IMG/VR virus record: IMGVR_UViG_3300028591_000127
Span: 32,001 to 96,000 of that record
Reading direction: 5' to 3' (one strand)
Source of the DNA: a virus
Lineage: Duplodnaviria; Caudoviricetes
DNA length: 64,000 bases
Part shown: positions 39,301-48,544 of the stretch, in pieces
How the letters are laid out: every line of letters starts with the position of its first letter
How positions within the stretch are numbered: the stretch's first letter is position 1
Notes under the pieces: generated by a model
The model's input: the letters and a program-made list of their open reading frames with translations, nothing else
What the model was told of the DNA's origin: nothing
Database searches by the model: none
Translations under genes and position numbers: made by a program

Positions 39301-41001
39301 CTCCCTATAATCCTCCAGTTTCTCCTCCTGGTTATCAGACAGTTCCTCCTTATGGCTTTCTAGTTTTTCATCAAGAGAATCTTTTATTTCCTCCTTATGC
39401 TTATCAAGACTTTCGTCAAGTGAATCCTTAATTACCTCTTTATGGTCTTCTAAAGCTTCATCCTGACTATCCTTAATAAGTTCTTGATGATTTTCTAGTT
39501 CTGGGTCCTCATTCCCCTGAATATTTTCCTTATGGTTCTCAAGCTCTTCATCAGAACTATCACTTATTCTCTCTTTATGATCTTCCAAGTTTTCATCAAG
39601 AGAATTACTAAGCTTTTCTTTATAGTCTTCTAGATTCTCATCAAGGCTATCAGACAAGCCTTCTTTATAATCCTCAAGGTTTTCATCTTGGTTTTCTGTA
39701 AGATTTTCTTTATGATCTTCTAGGACCTGATCTTCATTTCCTTGGATCTTTTCTTGGTAATCTTCTAACTTTTCATTAGTGGAATCTTTGATTACCTCTT
39801 TATGGTCCTCTAGTCTTTCGTCTGGGGAATCTGTTAGTTCTTCCCTGTGGTTCTCTAGAGTTTTATTAGGATCATCACTTAATCCCTCTTTATGGTCCTC
39901 TAGGCTTTCATCTTGGTTATCATTTATTTTTTCTTGATAGTCCTCTAGAGTTTCATTAGGATTATCACTTAACCCTTCTTTATGGTCTTCTAGGTTTTCA
40001 TCTGGGGAATCCGTTAGTTCTTCCTTATGATCCTCTAGAGTTTCATTAGGATTATCACTTAACCCTTCTTTATGGTCTTCTAGGTTTTCATCTGGGGTAT
40101 CATTTATTTTTTCTTGATAGTCCTCTAGAGTTTCATTAGGATTATCACTTAACCCTTCTTTATGGTCTTCTAGGTTTTCATCTGGGGAATCCGTTAGTTC
40201 TTCCTTATGATCCTCTAGAGTTTCATTAAGTGAATCCTTAAGACCTTCCCTATAATCCTCTAGGCTTTCGTCTTGGCTATCACTTATTCTTTCTTTGTAA
40301 TCCTCAAGTTCCTGACTTTCATTCCCCTTTATCTCCTCTTTGTGATCCTCTAAGGTTTCATCTTGATTATCCTCAATCACCTCTTTGTGGTTTTCAAGAC
40401 TTTCATCAAGTGAATCCTTAATTACTTCTTTGTGATCTTCTAGTACCCGATCTTCGTTCCCTTGAATCTCTTCACGGTAATCTTCAAGTGATTCTAAGGC
40501 TTCTCCAGACTCAAGCTGATCAATAATACTAGAAAGCTCTCCTTCCCGAGTATCTTCAATTAGCTCTTTGTTGTCCTCAAGTTCAATATTCTCTCTTGTA
40601 TCTACTAGTTCTTCCCTTAACTCACTTAATGCTGTTTCTAGCTCGTTTGTTAAAGTGTCAAGATCTTCAGGAAGTTCAATATCTCCTGCCGATTCAATAG
40701 TCTCTAGGTTGGTTCTTAATTCTAAATCACCCACTCTTTCTATTGTCTCAACTTGGTCAGGTAGAGTATTTTTTCTATCATCAATCAATCCCTCTACCCT
40801 GGTTGGAAGTTCAGGATCTTTCAAAAAACGGGCTCCCTGTACTTCTATATTGTCTTTATTCAGACTTTCAGTAAGGGAGTCGTAGTAGTCTTTTCTTTTC
40901 TTTAAGTACTTTGAAAGGGCTTTAATCTCTTCTGGTCTGGTGTAAGTATCACATCCACTACCCGGGACCATATTTTCCCTCTTAATATCAGTATCGAGCA
41001 T
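36376..41001 (-). CDS. 1541-aa protein: long acidic 15-aa repeat region plus C-terminal tail-tube-like domain
   Basis: Repeats such as LEDHKEGLSDNPNET; C-terminus FKLTFVDDQFKSLRTYFERCLD...LSVNFSIVGE resembles the tube fold. Confidence 0.65.
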   Translation of the reverse strand: MLDTDIKRENMVPGSGCDTYTRPEEIKALSKYLKKRKDYYDSLTESLNKDNIEVQGARFLKDPELPTRVEGLIDDRKNTLPDQVETIERVGDLELRTNLETIESAGDIELPEDLDTLTNELETALSELREELVDTRENIELEDNKELIEDTREGELSSIIDQLESGEALESLEDYREEIQGNEDRVLEDHKEVIKDSLDESLENHKEVIEDNQDETLEDHKEEIKGNESQELEDYKERISDSQDESLEDYREGLKDSLNETLEDHKEELTDSPDENLEDHKEGLSDNPNETLEDYQEKINDTPDENLEDHKEGLSDNPNETLEDHKEELTDSPDENLEDHKEGLSDNPNETLEDYQEKINDNQDESLEDHKEGLSDDPNKTLENHREELTDSPDERLEDHKEVIKDSTNEKLEDYQEKIQGNEDQVLEDHKENLTENQDENLEDYKEGLSDSLDENLEDYKEKLSNSLDENLEDHKERISDSSDEELENHKENIQGNEDPELENHQELIKDSQDEALEDHKEVIKDSLDESLDKHKEEIKDSLDEKLESHKEELSDNQEEKLEDYRESLKDSLNETLEDHKETIKDSLDETLEDHREEINGNEDQELGDFLDTITGNQTDIQLGTYKEGVIPSASDNSDVDSLPSDSEKGAENFNPFSWDGSNLSDYIESLSYDSEESLVDYRDDLTDNTDETLEDYKDEIEGTTDKDLEDYKDQIQGASDKELVDYQDKISDSLDETLEDFIDKKDKAEDKELVDYQDKISDNLDETLEDFIDKKDKAEDKELVDYQDKISDNSDETLEDFIDKRDKAEDKELSTFIEKGEKGEDQSLSDFIDKKDKAEDKELSTFVEKRDKPEDQDLSKFVDKKDKAEDKELSTFVEKGNKGEDQDLSDFIDKKDKAPDQELYPNNVLVPEPGSNFQPFLNPEELDKNLRYKLVNRVYKLAGKIHNILKLTGDPSKDPRSKWVEQIVSVVTEVAKSVEGTNEKGEVIENTLDSARDMALEEKLYKVILENGDVYKMTYVASDDPGQKKVDKLDLAEYGSKILYGGDGNPNKVEDFETEDLKQGEESIPTAKHVQNQYHTGILDFGVLAHQAVSALKVGNAKVKAKLIEEALAGMVLARELAEVKAGLNRDRLPGESDEFLTGKAKSKLREVASAALYNSNDLQDLAKSAVISAAKCLLPDTVRPHNRPDEDSNNPTELLSGKTTWYAMSNKQLGTDEKDVDPGNKVKFTNRYLKGEGIKQTFVDLVKVSRVNEINTVEDMFDSIKESPYMTSANKFTSSEFNSVKVITLDSNMYWEIILEPFMGAENNEKTYLPLIHEINVWNKYYHNVRTGYTTYLPITSFELAKGKLTTKNLQLFDGEIAYPTSMEFTNEFKLTFVDDQFKSLRTYFERCLDSMIYYSEPKKKDEVTNINPYEDNTLTAVDKRYQLVAPYKNVTFRCRIYSMTPQLSTISKYDLLLVLRDFVEERSGDIEGDGGDLSVNFSIVGENPKSEETIYDPEKTSLKAKNNDFEAKMAADRKKASKIMTTAKLASEGLDLLF
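38290..40510 (-). repeat. 45-nt (15-aa) tandem coding repeat, roughly 45 units in two sub-families
   Basis: Units LEDHKEELTDSPDEN / LEDYQEKINDTPDEN and LEDFIDKKDKAEDKE / LVDYQDKISDNLDET; near-exact DNA duplication with 180-nt offset starting at 39941 and 40121. Confidence 0.9.
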
Positions 41002-41003
41002 AA

Positions 41004-41441
41004 TTAGGTATCAAGTGTTTCAATAATACTCATTAAGGCATAATAAAAGAGAGAGTCAGCGGTTTCAGTAAGCCCCATCTTTTGTGAGATCTTAAATCTG
41101 TATGTTCTTCCCTCTTTTGTAAATTGTAACTCATCACCAAGCTGAAGAGTCCCGTCGTTAGACCAAGCATCCAAAGTGTCACGGTTTCTATTCCAAACAT
41201 CCCTCATATCACTCATATTAATTACTAGGGTGCAGGATAGTTGTTCATAGTCGTTTTCGAGGATGCTGCTAGAAGAGTATGAACCCCCAAATACGTTCTT
41301 CCACTTTGAATTATCCTTTGGTCTTAGGACAACAAACTGGGTGCCGTTCAATTTTAACTGCAGATTAATATTTTTTAATCCTATCTTATAAAATTTCTGG
41401 GCCTTATCTAGTAATTTAGAGGCCATATTCTCATTAGCCAT
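41004..41441 (-). CDS. Putative head-closure/neck protein (gp14/stopper-like)
   Basis: 145 aa, beta-rich, LQLGDELQF...YRFKI; close to the gp13-like gene. Confidence 0.4.
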   Translation of the reverse strand: MANENMASKLLDKAQKFYKIGLKNINLQLKLNGTQFVVLRPKDNSKWKNVFGGSYSSSSILENDYEQLSCTLVINMSDMRDVWNRNRDTLDAWSNDGTLQLGDELQFTKEGRTYRFKISQKMGLTETADSLFYYALMSIIETLDT

Positions 41442-41444
41442 AGT

Positions 41445-43043
41445 TTAGTCGTTTGTTAAGAAAGTACAGAACCCTTGATTCTTAATGATACTTTTCACTA
41501 GCTTATAATATTGCTGGAAAGTAAGAGGCCCTGATAACTTCATTACATTAATTCCTCTTTCGTAGTTAGTATTGGTTCTTATAAATTTAGAAATCAATCT
41601 AACTTCGTCGTCAATATCGTACTGGCAATAATCTAAACTTCTGGGAATATAGATTCTAACATTAGTAGGATCTGCTGTAATGCTAATTACATCCTTCGGA
41701 ATTTTACTACTAATCTCATAATCTTCCTCCCCATCTCGGTCTAGCTTATCGACAATCATATCTATCATATTATTGTTTGAAAATGTTGAATTTCTTAAGG
41801 CAGGTTTATCATAGAGATTTGGCTTCAAACCAAGATCCATAAATCTTTTTAGGATCTCATCGAAAGCATTAACATTCTTTAAGGGGTAAGTATAGACAAT
41901 AACCTCACCAGTATCACTTCGGTTGATTTCATCTGAGTACTTTCCATACCATCCCTTATCAATCTTAGTAGCCTCTTTCTTTGTGGAGGTTACAATAAAT
42001 AAACCAGAGTTCATAGAGAAATTAACCGGATTCTTATCAGAACCAACAGTGAAGTGGAAGGATTCGACATAACGGTTCTTACTTAATGCAGCCTCAAGAA
42101 ATCTATTACTATACTCAGACTTGGCCATACCAGGAGCAGCAAGAGACTCACGCTCCCTATTAGTCAACTCATTAATACCTTGAAGAATAGAATCGATCAT
42201 AATAGCGGGGAGTGCAGAAGGTCCTCTACCAACAAGACGAATGACCTTAGCTCCGCTAGTACCCAACATCTTAATTAAATCATACTTACTGAAAGCCGAT
42301 ACAGAAAACTCTTTCTCCTCTTCCTCAGTAACTTCATCCATCTTATTTGTTGCCTCAAGAATTCTTCCCTCAATAGAAGCGAAGTGGTCTAAGAGATTAA
42401 TAGGTGTATTAAGAACCTCACTAAGCTCTACAATAAACGAACAAATAACCTGGGTGTTAGTGAATGTTATATTAACGGCATAAGAATTTAGCTTGAGATT
42501 AACTGCTCTCGCTGTATATTCCATACCATAATACTTCTTACAATAATAATCTAGAGTCTTAGAGGTTTTATCTAATTCCTCTCGTGTCATTCCAAAAGTA
42601 TATAGTGTTAGTTGACCTCTATGAACGGCAACAGTAACTTTATACTTCGTTACTTCTCTGTCATTAGTGGAGAATTTTTCATCAAACTTAGCCCTATGTT
42701 TAAGAGAATCTCCAATAATCACACCCCCCAGGTTATACATGCTAAACTGTCTTCTAATACCTCTGTCTATGTCTTGGAATTTAGCCGATGACATAGGCTT
42801 GTGAATATAGTTCAAGAATAATTTAGTAGCAATACCTGTTAAAATGCCAGCACCTGCACCCTTAAAAGCACCCTCAATTATAGAGGAATCTTTCATATAG
42901 TGGCCAGCTACTGCACCAATTAAGGATCCTGCAACAGTGGTTTTTGATACTGTCTCAAGTGTTCCTGGAAGGCTAACTACGTCCTTTGGGCCTGTATAAT
43001 GTCCCTCAGGAATAGTAAAATCTTTTCTTTTAAATTTAATCAT
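41445..43043 (-). CDS. Multi-module head-associated protein with KDFT leader and glycine zipper
   Basis: MIKFKRKDFT; VAGSLIGAVAG / GAGAGILTGIA; internal KEFS and STFS at apparent module boundaries. Confidence 0.6.
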   Translation of the reverse strand: MIKFKRKDFTIPEGHYTGPKDVVSLPGTLETVSKTTVAGSLIGAVAGHYMKDSSIIEGAFKGAGAGILTGIATKLFLNYIHKPMSSAKFQDIDRGIRRQFSMYNLGGVIIGDSLKHRAKFDEKFSTNDREVTKYKVTVAVHRGQLTLYTFGMTREELDKTSKTLDYYCKKYYGMEYTARAVNLKLNSYAVNITFTNTQVICSFIVELSEVLNTPINLLDHFASIEGRILEATNKMDEVTEEEEKEFSVSAFSKYDLIKMLGTSGAKVIRLVGRGPSALPAIMIDSILQGINELTNRERESLAAPGMAKSEYSNRFLEAALSKNRYVESFHFTVGSDKNPVNFSMNSGLFIVTSTKKEATKIDKGWYGKYSDEINRSDTGEVIVYTYPLKNVNAFDEILKRFMDLGLKPNLYDKPALRNSTFSNNNMIDMIVDKLDRDGEEDYEISSKIPKDVISITADPTNVRIYIPRSLDYCQYDIDDEVRLISKFIRTNTNYERGINVMKLSGPLTFQQYYKLVKSIIKNQGFCTFLTND

Positions 43044-43870
43044 ATTGTCGCAGGGATAAATCCAGTTGATGTCATTAAGGGACTTTGAGTCATATTCTGA
43101 AGGCCTTTCTTAATTGATCTTTGTCTTATATCTCTACTAAACCCAGAACCAGCATACATCTCCCCGGCTTTCTTAGTAGCACTTTGATAAGGTCTTCTAA
43201 CAAGCTTATTTAAGAGGCTAGCTGTTTCAGCAGGTCTTTGTAAATACATCTCCGCAGCAATACCCGCCTTACCAACCATCAATTCTGGGTGTTGAAGAAC
43301 AAAGAACGGATGAAAACTAGCAGCTTGGGCAACTCCAGATACTGGGTGTTGCGCTACGTAATGGATAACATTATCAGCTACTTCACCTGTATTTTCATAA
43401 GCCATTCTAGCCCCCTCTTTACCTTTCTGTACAGCCTCTTCAGCTACTTTTCTTGATTTAGCTCTCGGAACTCTAACCACTCTCCTATTGGCGGTTGTTG
43501 GAACTCCTGCTAAGATCTCAGCCTGGTTTCTTATTCCTTGGCCCACATTTTGAACAACCTCACTAGCTCTCGATCCAGTAATTAGGTGATGGCCTTCCTC
43601 TATAGCTTTGGTGACCGGATTACGCACAATATCTGAGGTTACTTCCCTAATTGTCCTAGAAGGAATTCTTTGAGGTCTAAAAGACCTTTGAGCAATAGGA
43701 TTAGTAGGATGACCAAGTGTTGAGAGAATAGAATCACCAACTTTTAAACCAGCTTGATTAACTTGGGTCATTACCTGGTCTGCTCCACTAACTAAGCCTC
43801 TTAATGCTCCCCTTGCTTTAACTAAGGATCTTTCTTTTATTCCAAAGTCTTTTTCTTTAAATTTAACCAT
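43040..43870 (-). CDS. Basic head-associated protein with KDFG leader
   Basis: Likely start MVKFKEKDFG at 43870, after the upstream stop; Arg/Lys/Ala-rich. Confidence 0.55.
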   Translation of the reverse strand: MVKFKEKDFGIKERSLVKARGALRGLVSGADQVMTQVNQAGLKVGDSILSTLGHPTNPIAQRSFRPQRIPSRTIREVTSDIVRNPVTKAIEEGHHLITGSRASEVVQNVGQGIRNQAEILAGVPTTANRRVVRVPRAKSRKVAEEAVQKGKEGARMAYENTGEVADNVIHYVAQHPVSGVAQAASFHPFFVLQHPELMVGKAGIAAEMYLQRPAETASLLNKLVRRPYQSATKKAGEMYAGSGFSRDIRQRSIKKGLQNMTQSPLMTSTGFIPATI

Positions 43871-43874
43871 AGCT

Positions 43875-44678
43875 TTATAGTAATAGATCTCCATACCATC
43901 CAGACTGCATAGCATATTGATCACATCTTTGTTTCAACTCTTGATAAGCTGAGTCAACATTATTAAATACTTGAACAGCCCCGTTAGGAAGTGATAAGGA
44001 AGCATTAAGTTGTCGAATATAGTCAAGAAGGTAGACAAGGACAAGATCCATAAAGAACTTACCTCTTGCACCACCAGTCTCTACGTCCATCCAATAGATA
44101 GCACAACTCTCATCATTCTCATCAAATTTTTTATCAGAGGTCCAGCAAGGTACTATAGGTCTTGCAACACAACCCTTAATATAAATGCTTCTTTGATTTG
44201 TTGTATCTCCGTTGAAAATTCCTAAATCTCCAGTATAAAGATAGGGTGCTTGATAATCTGAAAATGGTTGATAAGATCCGAAAGTAGGCGTGACTCCAAG
44301 TGTAGCGCCATAATATCCTCCTGTATAATTACCATAACCATCCCCTAATCTCCAGTAAGGTAAAGAAGTAGGAAGTAAGACGATATCATTCTCTCCAATT
44401 AGACACTTAAGAAACAGTGTAAAATTTGGTTTTATTTCAGACCAACCAGGCCTTCCATAACAAGTAGCTAATGATGCGCCAGTATTAAGTCTCATCTCTA
44501 GTACTAGAGGCTCCGTCAGCTCAAATTCTCTTAGGGCATTCTTAAAAATTTCGAGTAGAATTTCATCCGCTGAGATACCATCATTTAGCCCTAAGATTTC
44601 ATCTAACCCAGAGATGCCAATTAGTGTAGATCTTATAAAAACCTTCTTTTTCAGATCAACAAGTTTAGTCTTCTGCAT
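43875..44678 (-). CDS. Neck/head-tail adaptor (T4 gp13-like)
   Basis: C-terminal LSLPNGAVQVFNNVDSAYQELKQ resembles the gp13 LPGGV..NG motif; next to the sheath gene. Confidence 0.55.
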   Translation of the reverse strand: MQKTKLVDLKKKVFIRSTLIGISGLDEILGLNDGISADEILLEIFKNALREFELTEPLVLEMRLNTGASLATCYGRPGWSEIKPNFTLFLKCLIGENDIVLLPTSLPYWRLGDGYGNYTGGYYGATLGVTPTFGSYQPFSDYQAPYLYTGDLGIFNGDTTNQRSIYIKGCVARPIVPCWTSDKKFDENDESCAIYWMDVETGGARGKFFMDLVLVYLLDYIRQLNASLSLPNGAVQVFNNVDSAYQELKQRCDQYAMQSGWYGDLLL

Positions 44679-44694
44679 TCTACTTATATTAAAG

Positions 44695-44739
44695 AAGTAG
44701 AGAATACTACTGAACTCATGTCAATAATACTCTCTACTT
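44695..44739 (-). terminator. 19-bp RNA hairpin after the sheath gene
   Basis: Minus-strand stem of 19 bp with 3 G-U pairs and a 7-nt loop, followed by CUUUAAU. Confidence 0.55.
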
Positions 44740-44751
44740 AAAGTTGTTTAT

Positions 44752-47310
44752 TTAGACCTGACCGTCAAACTCCATACCCATATCAAAGGCATTACTATAA
44801 ACCTTGATATACTTAAGAGCACGGTTGAATCTGATTTCTACCAGTACATTAACGCGATTTGCTCTAGCATCCTCGTCTGTGTTGTTGGTTTCGTCAATAG
44901 TAATACGATAAGCATTGATGGTATAAGTCATCGGGATAATCGTACTTTTAAACCAATAATCAATAACGCTAGTCATATCAGCCCATACAGCAGGACCAAT
45001 ATGGCGACCAATAAACTGACGAAGCAGCAAAGGGATAGCTTTATTGATACGAATCCACAAACGGCTGTTAGCTTCATCACTCATAATGTCCTTGCTGGTA
45101 TACTTGGTGTAGTTATCATTCCAAGTCCAAGCACTAATCTGAGTATCCCACTTAACAGTATTGATTTTCTTAGTAAGAAGCAACTGACGAGTCTTCTTAT
45201 TAAACTCAGCAACCGGACGCTGGAACTGTGCAAGACCGTTAGTCTGACCCAGCATAGGAGCAAACTCACGACCAAGACGACGGTTACGACCTACGGTCTC
45301 CCAGTACATAGTGCCAGGAGATACATAGTACTTCCAACCTACGGTACCAGTATCAATATCCCAAGGAGCAGATGCATACAACTTATAAGAATCCTGACTT
45401 ACTCTAGCAATTGAATTACCAATAGCCAGATAGTTAGTACTATTAATTGTTGAAATGGGGTAGAAGTAATTCTCATTGTTAGCAAGATTAGCCATATAAG
45501 ACTGAACCATTGGGCTAGTACAACCAAGGTCAGCAAGACCCTCGGTGGTATAGACTTCATCAAGAGCAATCTGATCGAAGGCCTTGAGAATATCAGTATC
45601 AGTGACGTTCAGGATAGCACAGTCAGTGGGATCAATGCTCAAGTTAACAAAGATCTCTTCAGGATCCAGGTCAGATACGGTCATACCATCAACATACTCA
45701 TAGTAAGTACCCTCGACGTCCTCACCAATCTTAGCGATTTCATTGGCAGCGGGAGCAATAATATGAGCATTCAGGAATTGCAGAGACTTCTCAACGTACT
45801 TTACGCTAAGAGAACCAGTATTCTCAATCTCAGTCCAAGCAGCGGTCTCAGTTTCATCAACTGTAGTGACAATATACTTGTAGTACTTAGCAGTCTCTTT
45901 ACCAACAACAGCTACATTACCAACGCTGGGAGTAGCAATATTAGCAAGATCAGCCTTAGACTCCAAAGGATTGCTGTCATCATCAGTCGTAATAGCATTC
46001 TCCTTCTGAGTTGAAGTAAGATCCTCAGCCTTTCTAAGAGCCCAACCTCTAGTTTGAGTGCTGGGAAGATAACCATAATAACCAAGACCAAGCTCAGTCA
46101 GGTCATCAGGCATCGTCAGACTGATCATGTTCAGAAGATTGTTGACTTCTGTAACAGTCATGTCACCACGACCCAGGATATTACCAACATTGAAGTAAAC
46201 AGTCTCACCATTTACACTAGGATCCAGAATAGCAATCTCATAGAAGTCACGATACAGATTATCCTCTGAGGGAGTAGCAGTACCGCCGTTTGTGAAAGTA
46301 TCCAGAACAGAGCTGAGAACTGTGTAGGGAGACTGACCACCTGCATAAGAGTCAGGAGCACTGAGTTCCTTTGTTACTACTGCATCATGGTTGAAACGAC
46401 GAATTCTTGCGCGAAGAGGCGTAGAAGAATTGTAAGAGTTAGAAGCATAGAATGCAGGAGCATCAAATCCAGAGAACGTTGTGCCATTGAGGTCCAAAAT
46501 TTTCTGAGAAGGATTAGCTGGGGTCCAGTCAGGCTCACAAGTAACTACATAAGCCAGTCCATTTGGACATCTAGAATCAGTAGTATCAATCAGGTTAGCA
46601 CCAATATACAGCTCCTCGAATACAACAGAGACAGCATTCTTATACTCGCTCTTAGTCGTAATCAACTGGGAACCTCTCTCATCTGAATAGAATTTATAGT
46701 CGGGGCTGAAGAACATAGAAGACTCATTAAGAGTATCAACAAGAGTCTCCAGATCATCAACATAGACGTCATATTGAGCACCAGCATCGGTAGTTCTATT
46801 ACCAAGAATACCAATTCCACTAATATTAATGCTCCAACCATCAGAAGAGTGCTCTGCGCTATCCTTGTCCATATCAATAACGATCTTTACAGGGGCAGAG
46901 ATCTTCTTAAGAAGCTGACCATCTCTCAACAGATAAGTATTGGTTTTGTCAGTCTTGGACAGTGCCTTAGAGAAGAAAATATCCTTAGCCTTTGAAGCTC
47001 TAACACAAAGGAGAGTATTAGAGCCAGCCAGACGGTAAGCATTCAGCCACATCGTCTCAGCCATATCACTAATATCACCATCGTACAGACCATTCAGAGA
47101 CTTGATATAATCCTTCGTGAGATCCTTAGAAGAATAAGTAGAAAGGAACTCAGACTGACTAGAAATCAAGGTAGGAATACCGGGACCTGCATCACTAATG
47201 AGAACACAACCAATAATCAGGCTCTCACCAGCAGTAGGATTGACCGGCATCGACTTAATTTTTTCTTGAACTTTTATATACGGTTCAAGAGTTTCGGTCC
47301 ATTGTGCCAT
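44752..47310 (-). CDS. Tail sheath protein (gp18-like)
   Basis: PTLISSQSEFLSTY, LLCVRA, FAPMLG, LLTKKINTV, NSRLWIRI and ITIDETNNT...NRVNVLVEIRFNRALKYI sheath motifs; high-expression codon bias. Confidence 0.9.
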   Translation of the reverse strand: MAQWTETLEPYIKVQEKIKSMPVNPTAGESLIIGCVLISDAGPGIPTLISSQSEFLSTYSSKDLTKDYIKSLNGLYDGDISDMAETMWLNAYRLAGSNTLLCVRASKAKDIFFSKALSKTDKTNTYLLRDGQLLKKISAPVKIVIDMDKDSAEHSSDGWSINISGIGILGNRTTDAGAQYDVYVDDLETLVDTLNESSMFFSPDYKFYSDERGSQLITTKSEYKNAVSVVFEELYIGANLIDTTDSRCPNGLAYVVTCEPDWTPANPSQKILDLNGTTFSGFDAPAFYASNSYNSSTPLRARIRRFNHDAVVTKELSAPDSYAGGQSPYTVLSSVLDTFTNGGTATPSEDNLYRDFYEIAILDPSVNGETVYFNVGNILGRGDMTVTEVNNLLNMISLTMPDDLTELGLGYYGYLPSTQTRGWALRKAEDLTSTQKENAITTDDDSNPLESKADLANIATPSVGNVAVVGKETAKYYKYIVTTVDETETAAWTEIENTGSLSVKYVEKSLQFLNAHIIAPAANEIAKIGEDVEGTYYEYVDGMTVSDLDPEEIFVNLSIDPTDCAILNVTDTDILKAFDQIALDEVYTTEGLADLGCTSPMVQSYMANLANNENYFYPISTINSTNYLAIGNSIARVSQDSYKLYASAPWDIDTGTVGWKYYVSPGTMYWETVGRNRRLGREFAPMLGQTNGLAQFQRPVAEFNKKTRQLLLTKKINTVKWDTQISAWTWNDNYTKYTSKDIMSDEANSRLWIRINKAIPLLLRQFIGRHIGPAVWADMTSVIDYWFKSTIIPMTYTINAYRITIDETNNTDEDARANRVNVLVEIRFNRALKYIKVYSNAFDMGMEFDGQV

Positions 47311-47343
47311 TTAAGTTATGTGTTTTTTTTTAATTATATTTTA

Positions 47344-48090
47344 TTATCCAACTTCAACAAGATAAACAGGGTAACCCTCTTTGAGGAATCCAGTGGCAAT
47401 TTCCACAATTGTTCTCCTATTTTGATTTGCGTTGGAAATAGTGGATATGTTAATATCGTTATATTTGTTAGATGCGTTGTTCGATCTGATTTGATATTTA
47501 CCAGACAAGCCCTTCAAGATCCTATCAGTCAATCTTTGTAGCTTCGGATTTTTAATAGTATTCACAAGCATATTGAAGTCGGCACCATTTTTAGTGACAA
47601 CAATACAGACAGTACATTTCATTATGTTAGCCCTCTTAGGATCTCTAGTATAGTCAAGATCTTCGACATAACCAGCATTAGAGAGATCACTAATAACGCC
47701 TTTCATTAAGCGATTATCTGCATCAGACTGTGAAATCTTTTTATTAATATCTTTAACAGCACCAACAAGAGCACCAAGAGCAGCACCAATTATAGTACTA
47801 GTCCCAACAAAGGCCATATTTTGAAGAGCAGAAGTTTTATATGTAGTCTCTTGTTCTTCTTTCCTATCCTTTCCAGAACCTGAAATCTTTGTTCTTGTTT
47901 CGGTGTTAGCCAGATCATTATATTTTTCAATACCCTTCTTAAAGAAGGCGGGACCAGATTTGGGAACTTTCAGATTAGATGGCAGATTTAATCCACCAGC
48001 ACCAAGAGTTCCCAATGTTGCACCAACAGTGGCCCCCTTTAACGCACTAGACGCAATATAACTACTAAAACTTTTATACTTGAACTTCAT
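47344..48090 (-). CDS. Glycine-zipper protein with KSFS leader
   Basis: MKFKYKSFS; GATVGATLGTLGAGG and IIGAALGALVGAV. Confidence 0.65.
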   Translation of the reverse strand: MKFKYKSFSSYIASSALKGATVGATLGTLGAGGLNLPSNLKVPKSGPAFFKKGIEKYNDLANTETRTKISGSGKDRKEEQETTYKTSALQNMAFVGTSTIIGAALGALVGAVKDINKKISQSDADNRLMKGVISDLSNAGYVEDLDYTRDPKRANIMKCTVCIVVTKNGADFNMLVNTIKNPKLQRLTDRILKGLSGKYQIRSNNASNKYNDINISTISNANQNRRTIVEIATGFLKEGYPVYLVEVG

Positions 48091-48107
48091 ATTGCGTCAG
48101 AATTGAA

Positions 48108-48518
48108 TTAGTCAACAATCTCCTGAATGTAGTAGTTCTTTTGTTCTGTAACCGTCTCATCCTCAGTCGGAACATAAGTACCCTCAGACTCACCTTCCTC
48201 GTACCAACCGTTATTCTTGGGATTAGTACCCTCGACAGCCAGGTCATCAGCAGAAACAGCAGTATACTTATACTCAATCTCAGTCTTATACTCAGCATCA
48301 CCATTATAGATAACACTCTGAGCGTCTTGAGACAGGAGAGTACGATCACCGACCAGATCCTTGTTAACCAGAACAGTGAAATCCGGATCAGCTACTACCT
48401 TCTCACGAAAAACGTCAGTAGATGCAGGATTAGTCATGATGCTGTTACCAGTATAAATATTATTCTCACCAAGAACCTCCCAATCGGTAGAGGTAATAAA
48501 ATCATTCGTAATAGGCAT
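48108..48518 (-). CDS. Putative decoration protein (136 aa) with GWYE...YY module
   Basis: Acidic; NPKNNGWYEE...YVPTEDETVTEQKNYY; codon bias like the capsid and sheath genes. Confidence 0.55.
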   Translation of the reverse strand: MPITNDFITSTDWEVLGENNIYTGNSIMTNPASTDVFREKVVADPDFTVLVNKDLVGDRTLLSQDAQSVIYNGDAEYKTEIEYKYTAVSADDLAVEGTNPKNNGWYEEGESEGTYVPTEDETVTEQKNYYIQEIVD

Positions 48519-48544
48519 AATTTTATAAAATTATTGTTTATTTG

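Noticed and set aside
38290-40510. Periodic DNA repeats resembling a CRISPR array
   Set aside because: The 45-nt period is in frame, degenerate and has no unique spacers; it is a coding repeat.
20243-47310. Bacterial extracellular contractile injection system or tailocin (two sheaths, spike, baseplate)
   Set aside because: Capsid, scaffold, prohead protease and neck genes are in the same operon, so this is a phage.
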